Under the pieces are notes generated by a model. The model ran no database searches. It saw only the letters and a program-made list of their open reading frames with translations, and was not told the origin of the DNA. This document shows positions 9,621 to 21,184 of a DNA stretch of 64,000 bases, piece by piece. Position 1 is the stretch's first letter; each line of letters opens with the position of its first letter. Source of the stretch: an uncultured Methanoregulaceae archaeon (GTDB taxonomy: Archaea; Halobacteriota; Methanomicrobia; Methanomicrobiales; Methanospirillaceae); contig OY970061.1 in NCBI GenBank assembly GCA_963705255.1, positions 2,368,001-2,432,000 of the forward strand, in the 5' to 3' direction. Position numbers and translations under genes: made by a program.

Positions 9621-10475
9621 TTGATGAACAAGCGGCTTACCCTCACCGTCCTTGTCGATAATACCACCCTCACGGATAACGATTTCTGTGGTGAGGCCGG
9701 GCTCTCGTTCCTCTTGGAAACTGACGGAAAGAAGATCCTCTTTGATACCGGCTTGTCAGGGTTGTTCCTCACCAATGCAGCGAAGATGTGCATCGGCTTA
9801 TGGGACCTGGACTTCATCGTCCTCTCGCACGGACACATTGATCATACCGGAGGGCTTGCCGCGCTCGCCCGGCACCTTGTCGATGCAACGCCAGAGGAGA
9901 GGCAGCCCCGGGTGCCGGAACTCATCGCCCATCCCTGCTGCTTCTGGCCCAAAGAAAAAGATACCCGGAAAAACGGCTCGGCTGTGAGCGAGGAGGAGGC
10001 CCGGCGGCAGTTCCCGGTTAACCTGTCCGTAAAACCGGTCTGGATTACGGATGATCTGGTCTTTCTCGGGGAAATCCCCCGGAAGTTCGCGTTTGAGCGG
10101 ATGGACCCGGGGAAGCGGACGGTTATACTGCCCGATGGCAGGATGGAACCCGACCAGCTCCTAGATGATTCCGCGCTTGCCTATCGTTCCGATAACGGAC
10201 TGGTCATCATAACGGGATGCTCCCATGCGGGAATCTGCAATATCACAGAATATGCCCGGGAGGTCTGCGGGGAGAGCCGTGTTGCGGATATTATCGGCGG
10301 CCTTCATCTCCTCTCCCCGGAACCGGAACGGATGAAAAAGACGGGAGAATACCTTCAGGAGCTTCACCTTAAAACCCTGCACGCCAGCCACTGCACGTCG
10401 CTTATGGCAAAACTTTCGCTTGCAAAATATTGCCCTGTGCAGGAAACGGGTGTGGGTGTGAAAATTGCATGGTAG
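9621..10475 (+). CDS. MBL-fold metallo-hydrolase
   Basis: LSHGHIDHTGG, GCSHAG, IGGLHL, SHCT. Confidence 0.85.
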   Translation: MMNKRLTLTVLVDNTTLTDNDFCGEAGLSFLLETDGKKILFDTGLSGLFLTNAAKMCIGLWDLDFIVLSHGHIDHTGGLAALARHLVDATPEERQPRVPELIAHPCCFWPKEKDTRKNGSAVSEEEARRQFPVNLSVKPVWITDDLVFLGEIPRKFAFERMDPGKRTVILPDGRMEPDQLLDDSALAYRSDNGLVIITGCSHAGICNITEYAREVCGESRVADIIGGLHLLSPEPERMKKTGEYLQELHLKTLHASHCTSLMAKLSLAKYCPVQETGVGVKIAW

Positions 10476-10568
10476 GGTTCCGGCAGGGTTATCCCGCCCG
10501 TTATTAAAGAAATTTTCATTCAGGGTACGGCAAGAAATTATCATGAAAGGTCCCTGTCATCGCGTCCA

Positions 10569-11720
10569 TTATCGTTGTGGCGACAAAATCATCGTGGATC
10601 TGCTGCTGGTCGTGCAAACCCGGAATTTTTCTTTCGGCACGAGAATTTCGAACCGGACACCTTTCCCATACACACCCGACTCTTTGATGGAGAGGCCGGT
10701 GATGGCAAGGATCTCCCGCGAGAGGAACAGACCGAGACCGGTATTTTTCCCGAATCCCTTCTCGAAAATCCTTTCTTTGTCCGACTCATGGACCCCGATG
10801 CCATCATCTTCGTACACGATTGCGAGGGTATCCTGACCATACTGCAATGAGGAAAATGAGATATGCCGGACCCGTTCCCCATGCCGGCGTGAGTTGTCGA
10901 TCAGGTTCTCAAAGACTTTTTCGAGGAGCGGATCGGCAAAGATCTCAAGTCCCTCAACATTTATCGAAACCTCGATCTCCCCGCGGGGAATGAGAGATTG
11001 CAGCGCCTTCAGATGCACGCCGATATCCTGCCAACGGGGGGAGTGGACCCCGATATCCTCGTAATTTTTCGTGAATTCGATCTGCCTCTGGATGGCCTGC
11101 GCTGCGAGATCTTCCCGTTCAATATAATTCTGTATGTTCGGTTCCGTACACTCCTCCTTGGAAAGTTCAATGAACGCCATGAGCCCCATCAGCTGGTTCC
11201 TGATATCGTGGCGGGTGATACTGGAGAGAAGGTTAAGCTTTTTGTTGGCAGTCTTAAACGCGCTCTGCGACGATTCGAGCTGGGAATTGATCTCGGTCAG
11301 TTCCCGGTTCCGTTCAATGAGCTGGTCGCGGTAGCAGTTCATCCGTTCTGCAATATAACCGACCACGGACGCTACGATTACGAACATGCAGGCGCGGATG
11401 ATTGCATCGGATGAGATTATCCCCATCGTGAGATATGTATCCGCAATGTGGAGGGCTCCAAAGAAGAGCGCTATCAGGATGGCCTTCCTGCCGTACCACA
11501 GCCCGGCAAGAACGATGATGAGGTAATAGAAATGCGTGTATACGACCGCGATGTGCATCTGGTAATGGACGATAAATTCAAGGAGGAGTCCCAAGATGAT
11601 CAGGAATGCAAACGCATAGGGTTTGGGCTCATTCAGGGACTTCCACCACGGTCCTCCTATGTCACACTTTTGCAAAACCGAACCTCGTTCATCCTGTCTC
11701 TCTGGATAATTATGGGACAT
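10569..11720 (-). CDS. Membrane sensor histidine kinase
   Basis: Four N-terminal TM segments; RHDIRNQL, ENLIDNS, DDGIG, GLGL. Confidence 0.9.
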   Translation of the reverse strand: MSHNYPERQDERGSVLQKCDIGGPWWKSLNEPKPYAFAFLIILGLLLEFIVHYQMHIAVVYTHFYYLIIVLAGLWYGRKAILIALFFGALHIADTYLTMGIISSDAIIRACMFVIVASVVGYIAERMNCYRDQLIERNRELTEINSQLESSQSAFKTANKKLNLLSSITRHDIRNQLMGLMAFIELSKEECTEPNIQNYIEREDLAAQAIQRQIEFTKNYEDIGVHSPRWQDIGVHLKALQSLIPRGEIEVSINVEGLEIFADPLLEKVFENLIDNSRRHGERVRHISFSSLQYGQDTLAIVYEDDGIGVHESDKERIFEKGFGKNTGLGLFLSREILAITGLSIKESGVYGKGVRFEILVPKEKFRVCTTSSRSTMILSPQR

Positions 11721-11813
11721 ATGGGTTAATAATAATCACCTTGAACAATCCCACGGCTCTTTCACGTCCGTTTCGAAATTCCTGTGAATATTACGGAAAA
11801 TTCCAAGGGAACG

Positions 11814-13079
11814 TCATGGAGCAGCCTTCCTGCGGAAAAAAAACCACGTTCCGCCGATCAGGAGCCCGATACAACCGATAACCCATGAATCCGGGCTGAG
11901 AAATGCGATAAGCCCGATACAGCTCACCGCCCCCATGGCCGGGACCCATGAGGGATACCGCTGGTGCTCCTGCGGCAGCCTGAGTGCGGCGAGGTTGGCG
12001 ATCAGGTAGTAGAGCAGCATGGCAAACGTGCCGACCGCGACGACCAGCGCAAGGTCGGCGAGAAGGAGGGCCGCGATCATGCAGGCACCGGTGATCGCGA
12101 TGGCGTAATGCGGTGTGCTGAACCGGGGATGGATCCTGCCAAAGAGCAGGGGAAGATCCTGGCTGCGGGCCATGGAGAAGACGATGCGGGATATCCCCAT
12201 GATGGTGGTCAGCAGCACGCTTGCCGTTGCGATCATCGCCCCGGCTGAGATGAGGAGGACGGCCCCTGAACTTCCGGTCACCGCGATTGCATCGGCAAGG
12301 GGCGAACCGGAGTGAGCGAGGGCGGGGGCACCGGCAAGGCCGACAGCGACCATGCTCACGAGCAGATAGATGACGGTCGAGATCCCGAGCGCGAGGTAGA
12401 TGGAGCGCGGGATGGTCTTCTCCGGGTTCTGTACTTCCTCGGCCATGATGGTGACCCGGGCAAAGCCGGTATAGGCAAAAAAGATGAGGGCCGCGCCGCC
12501 AAGGACCCCCATCGATCCTTCGGGGGCAAGGGGGGTGAAGTTCCCCGGCCTGAAAAATCCCAGCCCGAAGGCCACGAAGAACAGGAGGATCAGAACTTTA
12601 AGCGTGACAAGGACGTTGTTGAACAGTACCGATTCCCTGAGCCCGACGTAATTGATGAGAATGAAAAAAAAGCAGATGACAAGGGCGATGATTTTTACCG
12701 GCACGGCAGGGAAGATGGTGACAAAATAATGGGCGAAGCCCAGCGAGACCGCCGCCCCAACGAAGATGTTGGAGAAGATCCAGATCCAGCCGGCAATAAA
12801 TCCGGCGAAGGGGGAGATGAGCTTTTGCGCGTATGCATACGTCCCGCCCTCTTCCGGGAGGCAGGCGCCGAGTTCGGCCACGCTCATGGCCGAGAAGACG
12901 GCAATGACCCCGGCGATGAGTACGGACAGGACCATTGCAGGGCCTGCAATACCGGCGACAATACCGGTGACGATGAAGATACCGGAGCCGATGATCGCAC
13001 CGATGCCAAGTGCTGTGGCGCCAAAGAGGCCGATCTCGCGTCTCAGAACAGGGGGCTTGACCCCGGTATCGGGCATCAA
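11814..13079 (-). CDS. APC-family amino acid permease
   Basis: GAIIGSGIF, EEGGTYAY, FFAYTGF, AEEVQNPEKTIPR; ~12 TM. Confidence 0.9.
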   Translation of the reverse strand: MMPDTGVKPPVLRREIGLFGATALGIGAIIGSGIFIVTGIVAGIAGPAMVLSVLIAGVIAVFSAMSVAELGACLPEEGGTYAYAQKLISPFAGFIAGWIWIFSNIFVGAAVSLGFAHYFVTIFPAVPVKIIALVICFFFILINYVGLRESVLFNNVLVTLKVLILLFFVAFGLGFFRPGNFTPLAPEGSMGVLGGAALIFFAYTGFARVTIMAEEVQNPEKTIPRSIYLALGISTVIYLLVSMVAVGLAGAPALAHSGSPLADAIAVTGSSGAVLLISAGAMIATASVLLTTIMGISRIVFSMARSQDLPLLFGRIHPRFSTPHYAIAITGACMIAALLLADLALVVAVGTFAMLLYYLIANLAALRLPQEHQRYPSWVPAMGAVSCIGLIAFLSPDSWVIGCIGLLIGGTWFFFRRKAAP

Positions 13080-13246
13080 TTACCCTTTTTCCTGATGGTT
13101 ATTAATGATGCAGGTAGGTGAACGGCACCGGGACGCCCGGGGCAGGAAGCGGGCGCTCTGGAACTTCTGCCGGTTATTGATCTGGATCTTCCCATATACA
13201 TATAACAAAAATTGAATTATATTCTCCATACAGTGGTTGTCTGAGA

Positions 13247-15712
13247 GTGTCTGTGAAGAAAAGAGGGGAAACAGTCGTGCCCGGGACGAAAAAGAAAAAA
13301 GCAGAATTGAAAATTTCAGGAATGAGCTGCGCGACCTGTGCTGTCAACATCGAGGATTCCCTGTCGAAGATCAAGGATGTCTCAAAGGCTCAGGTGAATT
13401 TTGGCACTGATACCGCCCATGTCGAATTCGATCCGGAAAAAGTCACGCTTGCCGAGCTGGAAAATGCGGTCAGGGACGCGGGGTATGAGATTGTCAACCG
13501 TGAGGTTGTGATCAAAGTGGGGGGGATGGTCTGCGCCACCTGTGTCCAGACCATCGAAGCAGCTCTCCGTGCACTTCCCGGGGTCGTAAGCGTCTCGGTC
13601 AATCTCGGCAACGAGAAGGCCTATGTCACCTACAACCCCTCCGTCTCCGGAATAGATGAGATCAGGAAAGCCATCGAGGACTCGGGGTACCAGTACCTTG
13701 GGCTTTCCGGAGAGGTAAGCGACGAGATTGAGAGGAAAGCACGGGAAAAGGACCTGCACGACAAGCTCGTGAGGTTCTCCATCGGGTTTGCCGTGAGCAT
13801 CCCGCTCATGATCGCCATGTGGATACCTCTTCCCGTATCCATGCAGGCACTTGCGTATGTGATGCTGGTCATATCCACCCCCGTCTTTGTGTTTGTCTCG
13901 TACCCGATCTTCAGGGCGGCTCATATGGCATTGCGCAACCGCTCCCTCAATATGGATGTTATGTATGCGATGGGGATCGGTGTCGCATTCGTATCGAGTG
14001 TCATGGGCACATTCGGGATCGTGCTCACGACCGAGTTCATGTTCTATGATACGGCTATCATGCTCGCTGCGTTCCTGATGCTCGGGAGATATCTCGAAGC
14101 CCGGGCAAAAGGCAGGACTTCGGACGCGATCAAGAAACTTGCCGGACTCCAGCCAAAAACTGCGATAGTGCTTCGCAACGGCAACCGGGAGGAACTATCG
14201 GTCGAGGATGTCGTCGTCAATGACATTGTCGTCATCAGGCCGGGCGACAAGGTGCCGGTGGACGGGATCGTGGTGGAAGGAGAGAGCTATGTCGATGAAG
14301 CGATGATAACCGGAGAGCCGGTCCCCCCTCTCAAAACAACCGGGAGCAAGGTCGTCGGTGGTACAATCAACCAGAACAGTGTCCTCTCGGTGAAGGCAGT
14401 AAAAGTTGGCAGAGAGACCATGCTTGCCCAGATTATCCAGCTCGTGGAAGATGCCCAGGGTTCAAAGCCCGCGGTCCAGCGGGTCGCTGATACCGCTGTC
14501 ACCTTCTTTATCCCCGCAGTACTCGGGATTGCGGCTGTCGCATTTGTTGTCTGGTACTTTTTCCTCGGTGCTACGCTCCTCTTTTCCCTGACCGGTCTTA
14601 TCTCCGTCCTCGTGGTTGCCTGTCCCTGTGCGCTCGGACTTGCAACCCCGACCGCGGTCACTGTCGGGGTCGGGCGCGGTGCGGAACTGGGGATCCTGAT
14701 CAAGAACGGTGAAGCGCTGGAGGTCTCCGAAAAAGTGACGACGGTTGTATTTGACAAGACCGGGACGCTCACCAGAGGCAGACCGGAAGTAACTGATATC
14801 CTCGCAACCGGGATTTCCGAAGCGACTCTGCTGTCTTTTGCCGCGGGAGTGGAGAAGAACTCCCGGCATCCTCTGGCCCAGGCAGTCGTACGGATGGCCG
14901 GGACCAGGAATATACCGATTGAAGGGGCGGAACGGTTCGATACGTTCGGCGGTAAAGGTGTCTCCGCTCTCATCCTCAGGGAAGAGGTACTTGTTGGTAA
15001 CCGCACCTTCCTGCAGGAGAAGGGAATAGCAATCCCTGAAGGGATCGAGACCGCGATCTCCCGCTTTGAACAGGATGGAAAAACCGTAATTCTGGTCGCC
15101 GTCTCGGGACAGATGGCGGGAGCACTCGCTGTTGCGGATACCCTGAAGGAGACAACACAGGCCGCGGTCACCCGATTGAAAACGATGGGACTGAAGGTTG
15201 TCATGATTACCGGCGACAACAGGCGCACTGCCGATGCAATCGCCCGCCAGATCGGGATCGAAAACGTGGTCGCCGGGGTCCTTCCGCAGGATAAGGCAGC
15301 ACATGTTAAAGCACTTCAGGAAAAAGGGGAGGTCGTTGCCTTCGTGGGTGACGGGATCAATGATGCCCCGGCCCTCGCACAGGCCGACGTGGGCATAGCG
15401 ATCGGGGGGGGAACTGATGTGGCAATCGAGAGCGCGGATATTGTGCTCATCAAGGACAACCTTCTCGATTCGGTTGCAGCTATCCAGCTCTCAAAGAAGG
15501 TCATGGGAAGGATCCGGGGCAACATCTTCTGGGCATTTGCCTATAACTCGGCCCTGATCCCGGTTGCAGCAGGAGTACTCTACCCGTCCTTTGGTATCAC
15601 CTTCCGTCCGGAACTCGCCGCTCTTGCCATGGCGCTCAGCTCGGTGACCGTGGTCAGTCTCTCGCTCCTGCTCAAAACGTATATACCCGAAGCAAAAAAG
15701 GGTAATGAGTGA
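13247..15712 (+). CDS. copA: Cu(I)-translocating P1B-type ATPase
   Basis: Two GMxCxxC HMA domains, TGE, CPC, DKTGT, HP, GDGIND, YN and MxxSS. Confidence 0.9.
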   Translation: MSVKKRGETVVPGTKKKKAELKISGMSCATCAVNIEDSLSKIKDVSKAQVNFGTDTAHVEFDPEKVTLAELENAVRDAGYEIVNREVVIKVGGMVCATCVQTIEAALRALPGVVSVSVNLGNEKAYVTYNPSVSGIDEIRKAIEDSGYQYLGLSGEVSDEIERKAREKDLHDKLVRFSIGFAVSIPLMIAMWIPLPVSMQALAYVMLVISTPVFVFVSYPIFRAAHMALRNRSLNMDVMYAMGIGVAFVSSVMGTFGIVLTTEFMFYDTAIMLAAFLMLGRYLEARAKGRTSDAIKKLAGLQPKTAIVLRNGNREELSVEDVVVNDIVVIRPGDKVPVDGIVVEGESYVDEAMITGEPVPPLKTTGSKVVGGTINQNSVLSVKAVKVGRETMLAQIIQLVEDAQGSKPAVQRVADTAVTFFIPAVLGIAAVAFVVWYFFLGATLLFSLTGLISVLVVACPCALGLATPTAVTVGVGRGAELGILIKNGEALEVSEKVTTVVFDKTGTLTRGRPEVTDILATGISEATLLSFAAGVEKNSRHPLAQAVVRMAGTRNIPIEGAERFDTFGGKGVSALILREEVLVGNRTFLQEKGIAIPEGIETAISRFEQDGKTVILVAVSGQMAGALAVADTLKETTQAAVTRLKTMGLKVVMITGDNRRTADAIARQIGIENVVAGVLPQDKAAHVKALQEKGEVVAFVGDGINDAPALAQADVGIAIGGGTDVAIESADIVLIKDNLLDSVAAIQLSKKVMGRIRGNIFWAFAYNSALIPVAAGVLYPSFGITFRPELAALAMALSSVTVVSLSLLLKTYIPEAKKGNE

Positions 15713-15720
15713 GGTATCGT

Positions 15721-15861
15721 ATGGCAATCGACCCGATCTGCAAGATGACCGTGGATGAGAAGACCGCGAAGTTCATGAGCGAGTACAAGGGGAAGAGATA
15801 CTACTTCTGTGCCCCGGGCTGCAAGAAAAAGTTCGACTCGGACCCGGCCAAGTACGCCTGA
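15721..15861 (+). CDS. YHS-domain protein (46 aa, absent from ORF track)
   Basis: MAIDPICKMTVDEKTAKFMSEYKGKRYYFCAPGCKKKFDSDPAKYA. Confidence 0.85.
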   Translation: MAIDPICKMTVDEKTAKFMSEYKGKRYYFCAPGCKKKFDSDPAKYA

Positions 15862-16119
15862 GCGATCCGGTGGCTCCGGAAGGGCACTTTCCCGAGCGGA
15901 GGTTCTTTTCGGGATCCCCCTTTTCACTCCCTTTTTCCCAGCGTGTTCGTACCTGGGTGTTTCACCATCCGGGCCGGGTCTTGAATGAAGGTCTCATCCC
16001 GGGCCGGTAAAGGCCCGCAGAGCGGCTTTCCGGGTTCCGGTAACCGGAAAAGGAGTCAGATTCAAAGGAATTTTCACGTACTGTCATGGCATCAGCGGGA
16101 GGACACTTGACAGGAAAAC

Positions 16120-16140
16120 GGAGCAAAAAAAAGGTTGGAT
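16120..16140 (-). terminator. Oligo-T terminator after mcrA
   Basis: T8 tract on minus strand immediately after mcrA stop. Confidence 0.5.
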
Positions 16141-16145
16141 TGATC

Positions 16146-17834
16146 TTACCTTGCTGGGATGATCAGTGAGCGCTCGCCGGCGGGCATGAACTCGCGGATT
16201 GCACCCTTTGCGAACTCGCGGCGGACTTCTGAGAAGTCGAACTTGAGCGACGGGTCTGCGAATGTGATCTTCATCAGCGGGGACAGGGTCCATGCATCTC
16301 CGCGTGCAATGTGGGCGGATCCGGCAATAGCGGCGTACTCTCCCTGGTGACCGACGTTCATTGCATAGTTCGGGTAGTTCGGTCCACGGAGCTCGCCGAC
16401 CAATCCCTCGTCGGGACGGATCGACATACAGTTTGCGGAACCGCACTGGTCCTGCAGGTCGTAGCCGAAGAAGCCGAGACGTGACCAGCCTTCCTTGTGC
16501 ATGAGCATGGAGAGGTACCAGCCGTTCAGGCCTGCGTTGGAATTTGCGGTTGCAAGTCCAACGGAGATACCTGATGCTGCTGCAAGGACGGAGGCACGCT
16601 GGGAACCACCGAAGTGGCTCTCGAGAGCGGTCGGGAACTGCTCGTACTGCTCCATACCGTAGAGGTTGACCTCGGTTGCGATGTCGCTGACGACTTCCTG
16701 GGTCGCCTTTGCCTTGCCGATGCCACCGTGCTTCTTCTTGACGTAGTCCACACCATACTCGGTGTAGTCATCAAGAATGTTGTCGGTGTATGCAGCGGTT
16801 GCATACTGGGTGAACCCGACACCACCGGACATGTAGGATCCGAGCCAGATCTGGTCGAAGAGCATCGTGCCTGCTGCAACGATCTCAAGAGATGACCTGA
16901 CGGGGTCGTTGGGGTACTTGCGGTCTGACTGGACCATGTCGCAGAAGTGTCCGAACTTGATGCCACCTGGCTCGTTCGGGCCACGTGCACGGCGGGCGGG
17001 CAGGATGTCTGCCATCTGGATGACACCGGCGTGTTTCGCGGCGAATGCAAGGTCGGCGACTGCTGCCTCACCGGCGCACATCTTGTACGCGCCGATGAAG
17101 GACATACCGATCTGCATCGCGGACCACCGGGAGGTGGTTCCACCATCGCAGGTCCTGCTGACGGTCGTGGGGATGTGTATAGCCTGCCACATCGACTTGC
17201 CGACGGCTGCCTTCAGCTGTGCTGCCATCTTGGCCGGGAAGAGCTTGTCGACGTTGAGCACGAACTGGGGCTCGAGGTCGTCTGCCATCTCGTCGTCGCC
17301 CGTGAAGACTTTCACGTAGCAATCGTCGACGAGTCCCGGGTGGGTCTCGACCATGTGTTCCTGGACAACGGCTGCACCGGGCATTGCGTGGTTCAGCACG
17401 TGGAGGTACTCGTTGATGGTCTCAGGGGTGACTTCCTTGCCGAGACGCTTCTGGAGCGTGCCGTGGGCGAGGTCGAGGCCGACGATGATCGTGCGGCGGA
17501 TGTCGTCCCACATCTGCTGCATAGCGGCGTTGTTGACAAAGTGCAGGTCATCGCCTTCGACAAAGACACCGGTGGTGCTGACTTCGTAGGATGTCAGCTG
17601 GCGCTGGCCGAGCGGAATACCGCCGCAGTGGCAGCGCTTGGGGTCGTACATGGAGATGCCGCGGTCCATCTCGGCCTTCTTTCCGGCCTTCATGAACTCG
17701 ACTTTTCTCGGGGACTGCTCAAGGCCCTTGCGCAGATAGACGGTGGACATTGCCTGGGGGTCTTCTGCAAACTTTGTCTTCATTGCCTTCAGGAAGAGCT
17801 TCTGGGTCCTTTCGATTTTAGCTGCTTTTGCCAT
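16146..17834 (-). CDS. mcrA: Methyl-coenzyme M reductase alpha subunit
   Basis: [42 protein letters not shown]. Confidence 0.99.
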   Translation of the reverse strand: MAKAAKIERTQKLFLKAMKTKFAEDPQAMSTVYLRKGLEQSPRKVEFMKAGKKAEMDRGISMYDPKRCHCGGIPLGQRQLTSYEVSTTGVFVEGDDLHFVNNAAMQQMWDDIRRTIIVGLDLAHGTLQKRLGKEVTPETINEYLHVLNHAMPGAAVVQEHMVETHPGLVDDCYVKVFTGDDEMADDLEPQFVLNVDKLFPAKMAAQLKAAVGKSMWQAIHIPTTVSRTCDGGTTSRWSAMQIGMSFIGAYKMCAGEAAVADLAFAAKHAGVIQMADILPARRARGPNEPGGIKFGHFCDMVQSDRKYPNDPVRSSLEIVAAGTMLFDQIWLGSYMSGGVGFTQYATAAYTDNILDDYTEYGVDYVKKKHGGIGKAKATQEVVSDIATEVNLYGMEQYEQFPTALESHFGGSQRASVLAAASGISVGLATANSNAGLNGWYLSMLMHKEGWSRLGFFGYDLQDQCGSANCMSIRPDEGLVGELRGPNYPNYAMNVGHQGEYAAIAGSAHIARGDAWTLSPLMKITFADPSLKFDFSEVRREFAKGAIREFMPAGERSLIIPAR

Positions 17835-17836
17835 GT

Positions 17837-18605
17837 TCAGGCCTCCTTGGGCATGAAGCCGTATTTCACTCTCAGTTCATGGATGCGCGTGATGTACTCA
17901 ACGTACTCGGGGTCATCGCGGAATCCGGTACCGACGACAGAGTGGAACATTGTGGTGTTTGCCTTGAGCCACTTTGCGTCCATCGGCTTGCCGACCTTGA
18001 CTTCTGCGTCGAGGGGTACACCGACCTGGTCCTTGACATACTTGACAACGCCTGACTTCTTGTCCATAACAAAGCGCTGGAGCATGTCGAACATCATCCC
18101 GTTCTCATCGAGACGGAGGGAGTGCCCGTGCACCGTGCAGCCACGGATACCGGTGAGTGCTGCGTCAAAGAGGCTCGGTGTTGATGAGTTCCTTTGCGTA
18201 TTTCTCGAGGTCGCGTTCGCGGCACTCGACAATCTGACGCCCTGACAGGGTACCCGGGTCAATACCGCGGAAGCGGTAGGACTCGAGCCATGACCTCTGG
18301 TAGGGCTGGCAGGGTGCATTGTACATCGAGTCGGTAAACTGGATGTAGCGGACGCGGTCGCCGGCCTTTGCGCCGTCGGTCGGAGTCACGAGCTTGCGGA
18401 TTGGGCAGTTGGGTTCCTGCTGCTCTGCGAGCGGCGGGTGTGCACTCTTGTAGGCTGAGCCTGGTGCACGGTGTCCCATGACGAGGACGACGTCCTTATC
18501 AGTGACATCACGAAGTTTTTCCAGCTTGTGCGTCGGGTCCATCTGCTTGCGCCTGTTCTCGGCGATTTGGGTCTGGCCGGGACAATACTGGGGTTTGTAT
18601 GCCAT
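17837..18605 (-). CDS. mcrG: Methyl-coenzyme M reductase gamma subunit (extra base near 18173)
   Basis: [27 protein letters not shown] in one frame; [16 protein letters not shown] in the next. Confidence 0.95.
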
Positions 18606-18612
18606 TGTTTTA

Positions 18613-19248
18613 TCACTCCAATAGTTCCTTCTTTTTCACGATTCTCATAACTGACGAAATGACTTCTGCCATTTTCTCGCGTGTGGGGGTCTGACCCCGG
18701 GTCACGCCGCTCACGATGGCCATCACCGTACCTTTTGTACGGATTTTGTCCGCCGGCGGCATTACCACCGTTGTCTTCACGCCCTCCTTTGCGAAATCCT
18801 CGTAATCGACAGGTGACTGGGAAACGACAATCGCCTTCACATCACAGTGCTGGAGAATAAACCTGACCTTCTGCACGACATGGGAACGGACATTCCCATG
18901 GTGAAGGATGGCGACTTTGTGTTTCTCGATCTGCGCGATCTCTTTCTCGTTAATCCCCATGGAAGCGCCAAGGACGCCCCCGGCAATTTTCGGTGCGTCC
19001 GGCGGCACGCCGCTGCCAGCATACAACACCAGTGTACTGATACTGTATTCGACGCCCTGTTGCCTGAGACCTGAGGTGATATCGCACACCGGCTTGGTCA
19101 CATGGCGGCGTCCGGGAGACATCCCGACCACGATGACGTCCGGGTACCGGCATTCGGAGATGGTGCCCCGCTGGGCAATCCCTCCTCCTTTTCCCATGCC
19201 CAACGCCTCGCGGCAGTCAACAACCTGGGTTACTCGTCCAATCGGCAT
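18613..19248 (-). CDS. mcrC: MCR operon protein C
   Basis: DCREALGMGKGGGIAQRGTISE, GRRHVTKPVCDIT. Confidence 0.95.
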   Translation of the reverse strand: MPIGRVTQVVDCREALGMGKGGGIAQRGTISECRYPDVIVVGMSPGRRHVTKPVCDITSGLRQQGVEYSISTLVLYAGSGVPPDAPKIAGGVLGASMGINEKEIAQIEKHKVAILHHGNVRSHVVQKVRFILQHCDVKAIVVSQSPVDYEDFAKEGVKTTVVMPPADKIRTKGTVMAIVSGVTRGQTPTREKMAEVISSVMRIVKKKELLE

Positions 19249-19250
19249 GA

Positions 19251-19721
19251 TTATTTTGTTCCCTGGAGGATTACGGGCCTGGACTTGCTGCTTGGATCAG
19301 CAAGTCCGAGCATTTCTTTGTCCGCGTTCGGGCCGTACTTGCAGTAATCGGCAAGCGACGGCTCGGTCTTCATGTACCTGCCTTCCTGGATGCGGAAGGT
19401 GAAATCCGTAAAAACCGGTTCGATAGCGGCTTGCAGTGCGGGGATGACGTCGCGGTTTTCGATCTCGAGCACGACAGTGCCCACGTGAACCTGGAGATCC
19501 AGTTCCTGGTCCCCGACATGGATCTTCTTCCTCATGATATGAGGATTGGCGAGTCCTTTGGCGGGTCCGTACGTTACGGTAGCGGGAAGGCGTGGTCCGT
19601 TGAGGACCATACGCCTTACTCCGGGAACGCTGACGATCTGGTTCAGCAGGCGTTCTGTGGTCTCGGGATTCAGCAACCGCTCTGTGACAATCCTGCACTG
19701 GGGGAACGTGGCTTCGGTCAT
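19251..19721 (-). CDS. mcrD: MCR operon protein D
   Basis: RLLNPETTERLLN, GPRLPATVTYGPAKG; operon position. Confidence 0.95.
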   Translation of the reverse strand: MTEATFPQCRIVTERLLNPETTERLLNQIVSVPGVRRMVLNGPRLPATVTYGPAKGLANPHIMRKKIHVGDQELDLQVHVGTVVLEIENRDVIPALQAAIEPVFTDFTFRIQEGRYMKTEPSLADYCKYGPNADKEMLGLADPSSKSRPVILQGTK

Positions 19722-19736
19722 TCGTATCCGTGGGGT

Positions 19737-21050
19737 TTATACACCCTTTGCAACTGCCTGGATCGGCTTCTTGAATGCATCGAGCTGCCCGAAGGTGTCC
19801 TGGTAGATCTTCGAGGTCTGTTCGGGGCCGAACATCTGGGTACCTGCATCAAGACAGCATGCTGCTACGATACAGGGCATACCGACACCGGCTGCGTGCC
19901 TGGTAACGACGTGGTTACCGTTGAACCCGCCGGGGCCGCCACCACCGTAGATCGAGTGGCTGAAGAACGAGAACCCGACTGCTACACCCATGGTACGACC
20001 GAAGTCGGAGCCTGGGAGGCCGGTCTCGTGCTCGAGCAGGTCGTTGAAGTAGAGCAGGGTTGCAGAGACTGCCTGTGCAAACCGTCCTGCACCACAGTTG
20101 ACCATGGTTGCTGCGAGAGTTCCTGCCGATGCGTAGGCGTTCCACATCATCGGGTCCTTGGTGTCGTAGAAGATATAGCCGCTCTTGCCCTTCTTGCCTG
20201 CCTTGATGACCTTGTCTTCAATGGCCTGCTCAACAAGGCTCTGCACGACAGTACCGATGGTACCGGTCTTGCCGTTCTTCTTGACGAGGTCGTAGACAAG
20301 GTTGTTCGCGTTCAGGCCCTGGTATGCGTAGAGCAGGAGCTGGGCGCGCTCAAACGGGCCGATTGCCATGCCCATCTCGAACTCGCCGGCCTGTTCAAAG
20401 GTTGAACAGAGCGCTGCACCCTGCATTGCATTCCGGTGGGTCATCATTGCCGCATGGTTTGCGGGAATGTTCCTCAGTGCGTAGCCGAGACCTTCATTGT
20501 TCTGCGGGATGGACATGATAGTGACGATGTTGCCGCCATCCATGCTCATGGTCTGCGGGTAGGTACCCCAGACTGCACTCTTGACATAGGAACCGTCGAA
20601 CATGCCGACCTTGTACTGGTCAACCAGTGCATAGGTGGTGGCTGCTGCAACGGCGGTTGATGCCGCATCGTAGGTTGCCGCTGCCTCCATACGGGAAGTC
20701 GGGACCTCGACAAGGATCATCTTGCCACCGCCGATCTTAGTGATCTTGGTGTTGTCACCGTCAGTGACCTGGACCATGTCCTTGATCTTGGCTGAAAGTG
20801 CGTCACAGTCCTTGACACAGCTGCAGTTCATGCTGCGGCCGAGGATCTGGTTCGACTTGCCGCCAAATTTTCCGGTCTTTAATGCTTCCTCGATACCGGC
20901 GAGGTTGACTGCCACGGTCCTCTTGGTGAGGTCGATGACATTGAGTGCACCCTTGTTGACCAGCGGACTGATCTTGTCAAGAGTTACATTGCTCTTTAAG
21001 AGCTTACCCTCATCGTCGTAGAGGTCGATCGTATCTTTATATTTTGCCAT
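19737..21050 (-). CDS. mcrB: Methyl-coenzyme M reductase beta subunit
   Basis: EGLGYALRNIPANH, GFSFFSHSIYGGGGPG. Confidence 0.99.
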   Translation of the reverse strand: MAKYKDTIDLYDDEGKLLKSNVTLDKISPLVNKGALNVIDLTKRTVAVNLAGIEEALKTGKFGGKSNQILGRSMNCSCVKDCDALSAKIKDMVQVTDGDNTKITKIGGGKMILVEVPTSRMEAAATYDAASTAVAAATTYALVDQYKVGMFDGSYVKSAVWGTYPQTMSMDGGNIVTIMSIPQNNEGLGYALRNIPANHAAMMTHRNAMQGAALCSTFEQAGEFEMGMAIGPFERAQLLLYAYQGLNANNLVYDLVKKNGKTGTIGTVVQSLVEQAIEDKVIKAGKKGKSGYIFYDTKDPMMWNAYASAGTLAATMVNCGAGRFAQAVSATLLYFNDLLEHETGLPGSDFGRTMGVAVGFSFFSHSIYGGGGPGGFNGNHVVTRHAAGVGMPCIVAACCLDAGTQMFGPEQTSKIYQDTFGQLDAFKKPIQAVAKGV

Positions 21051-21184
21051 TTGAATTCCTCCAAATTTCCATTTAACCGCGATACAATACTGTCAGTGAG
21101 CGAAAGTATTCCCTATAAGGGATACTGGTAATGAGTGAAAGTCGCTATTGCACGTCCCCTAAGATGGGACATTGAATACTTCCC

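Noticed and set aside
11708-11730. Fourth CATATG operator-like site
   Set aside because: Overlaps the kinase start codon and lacks the TTAC arm and the conserved spacing.
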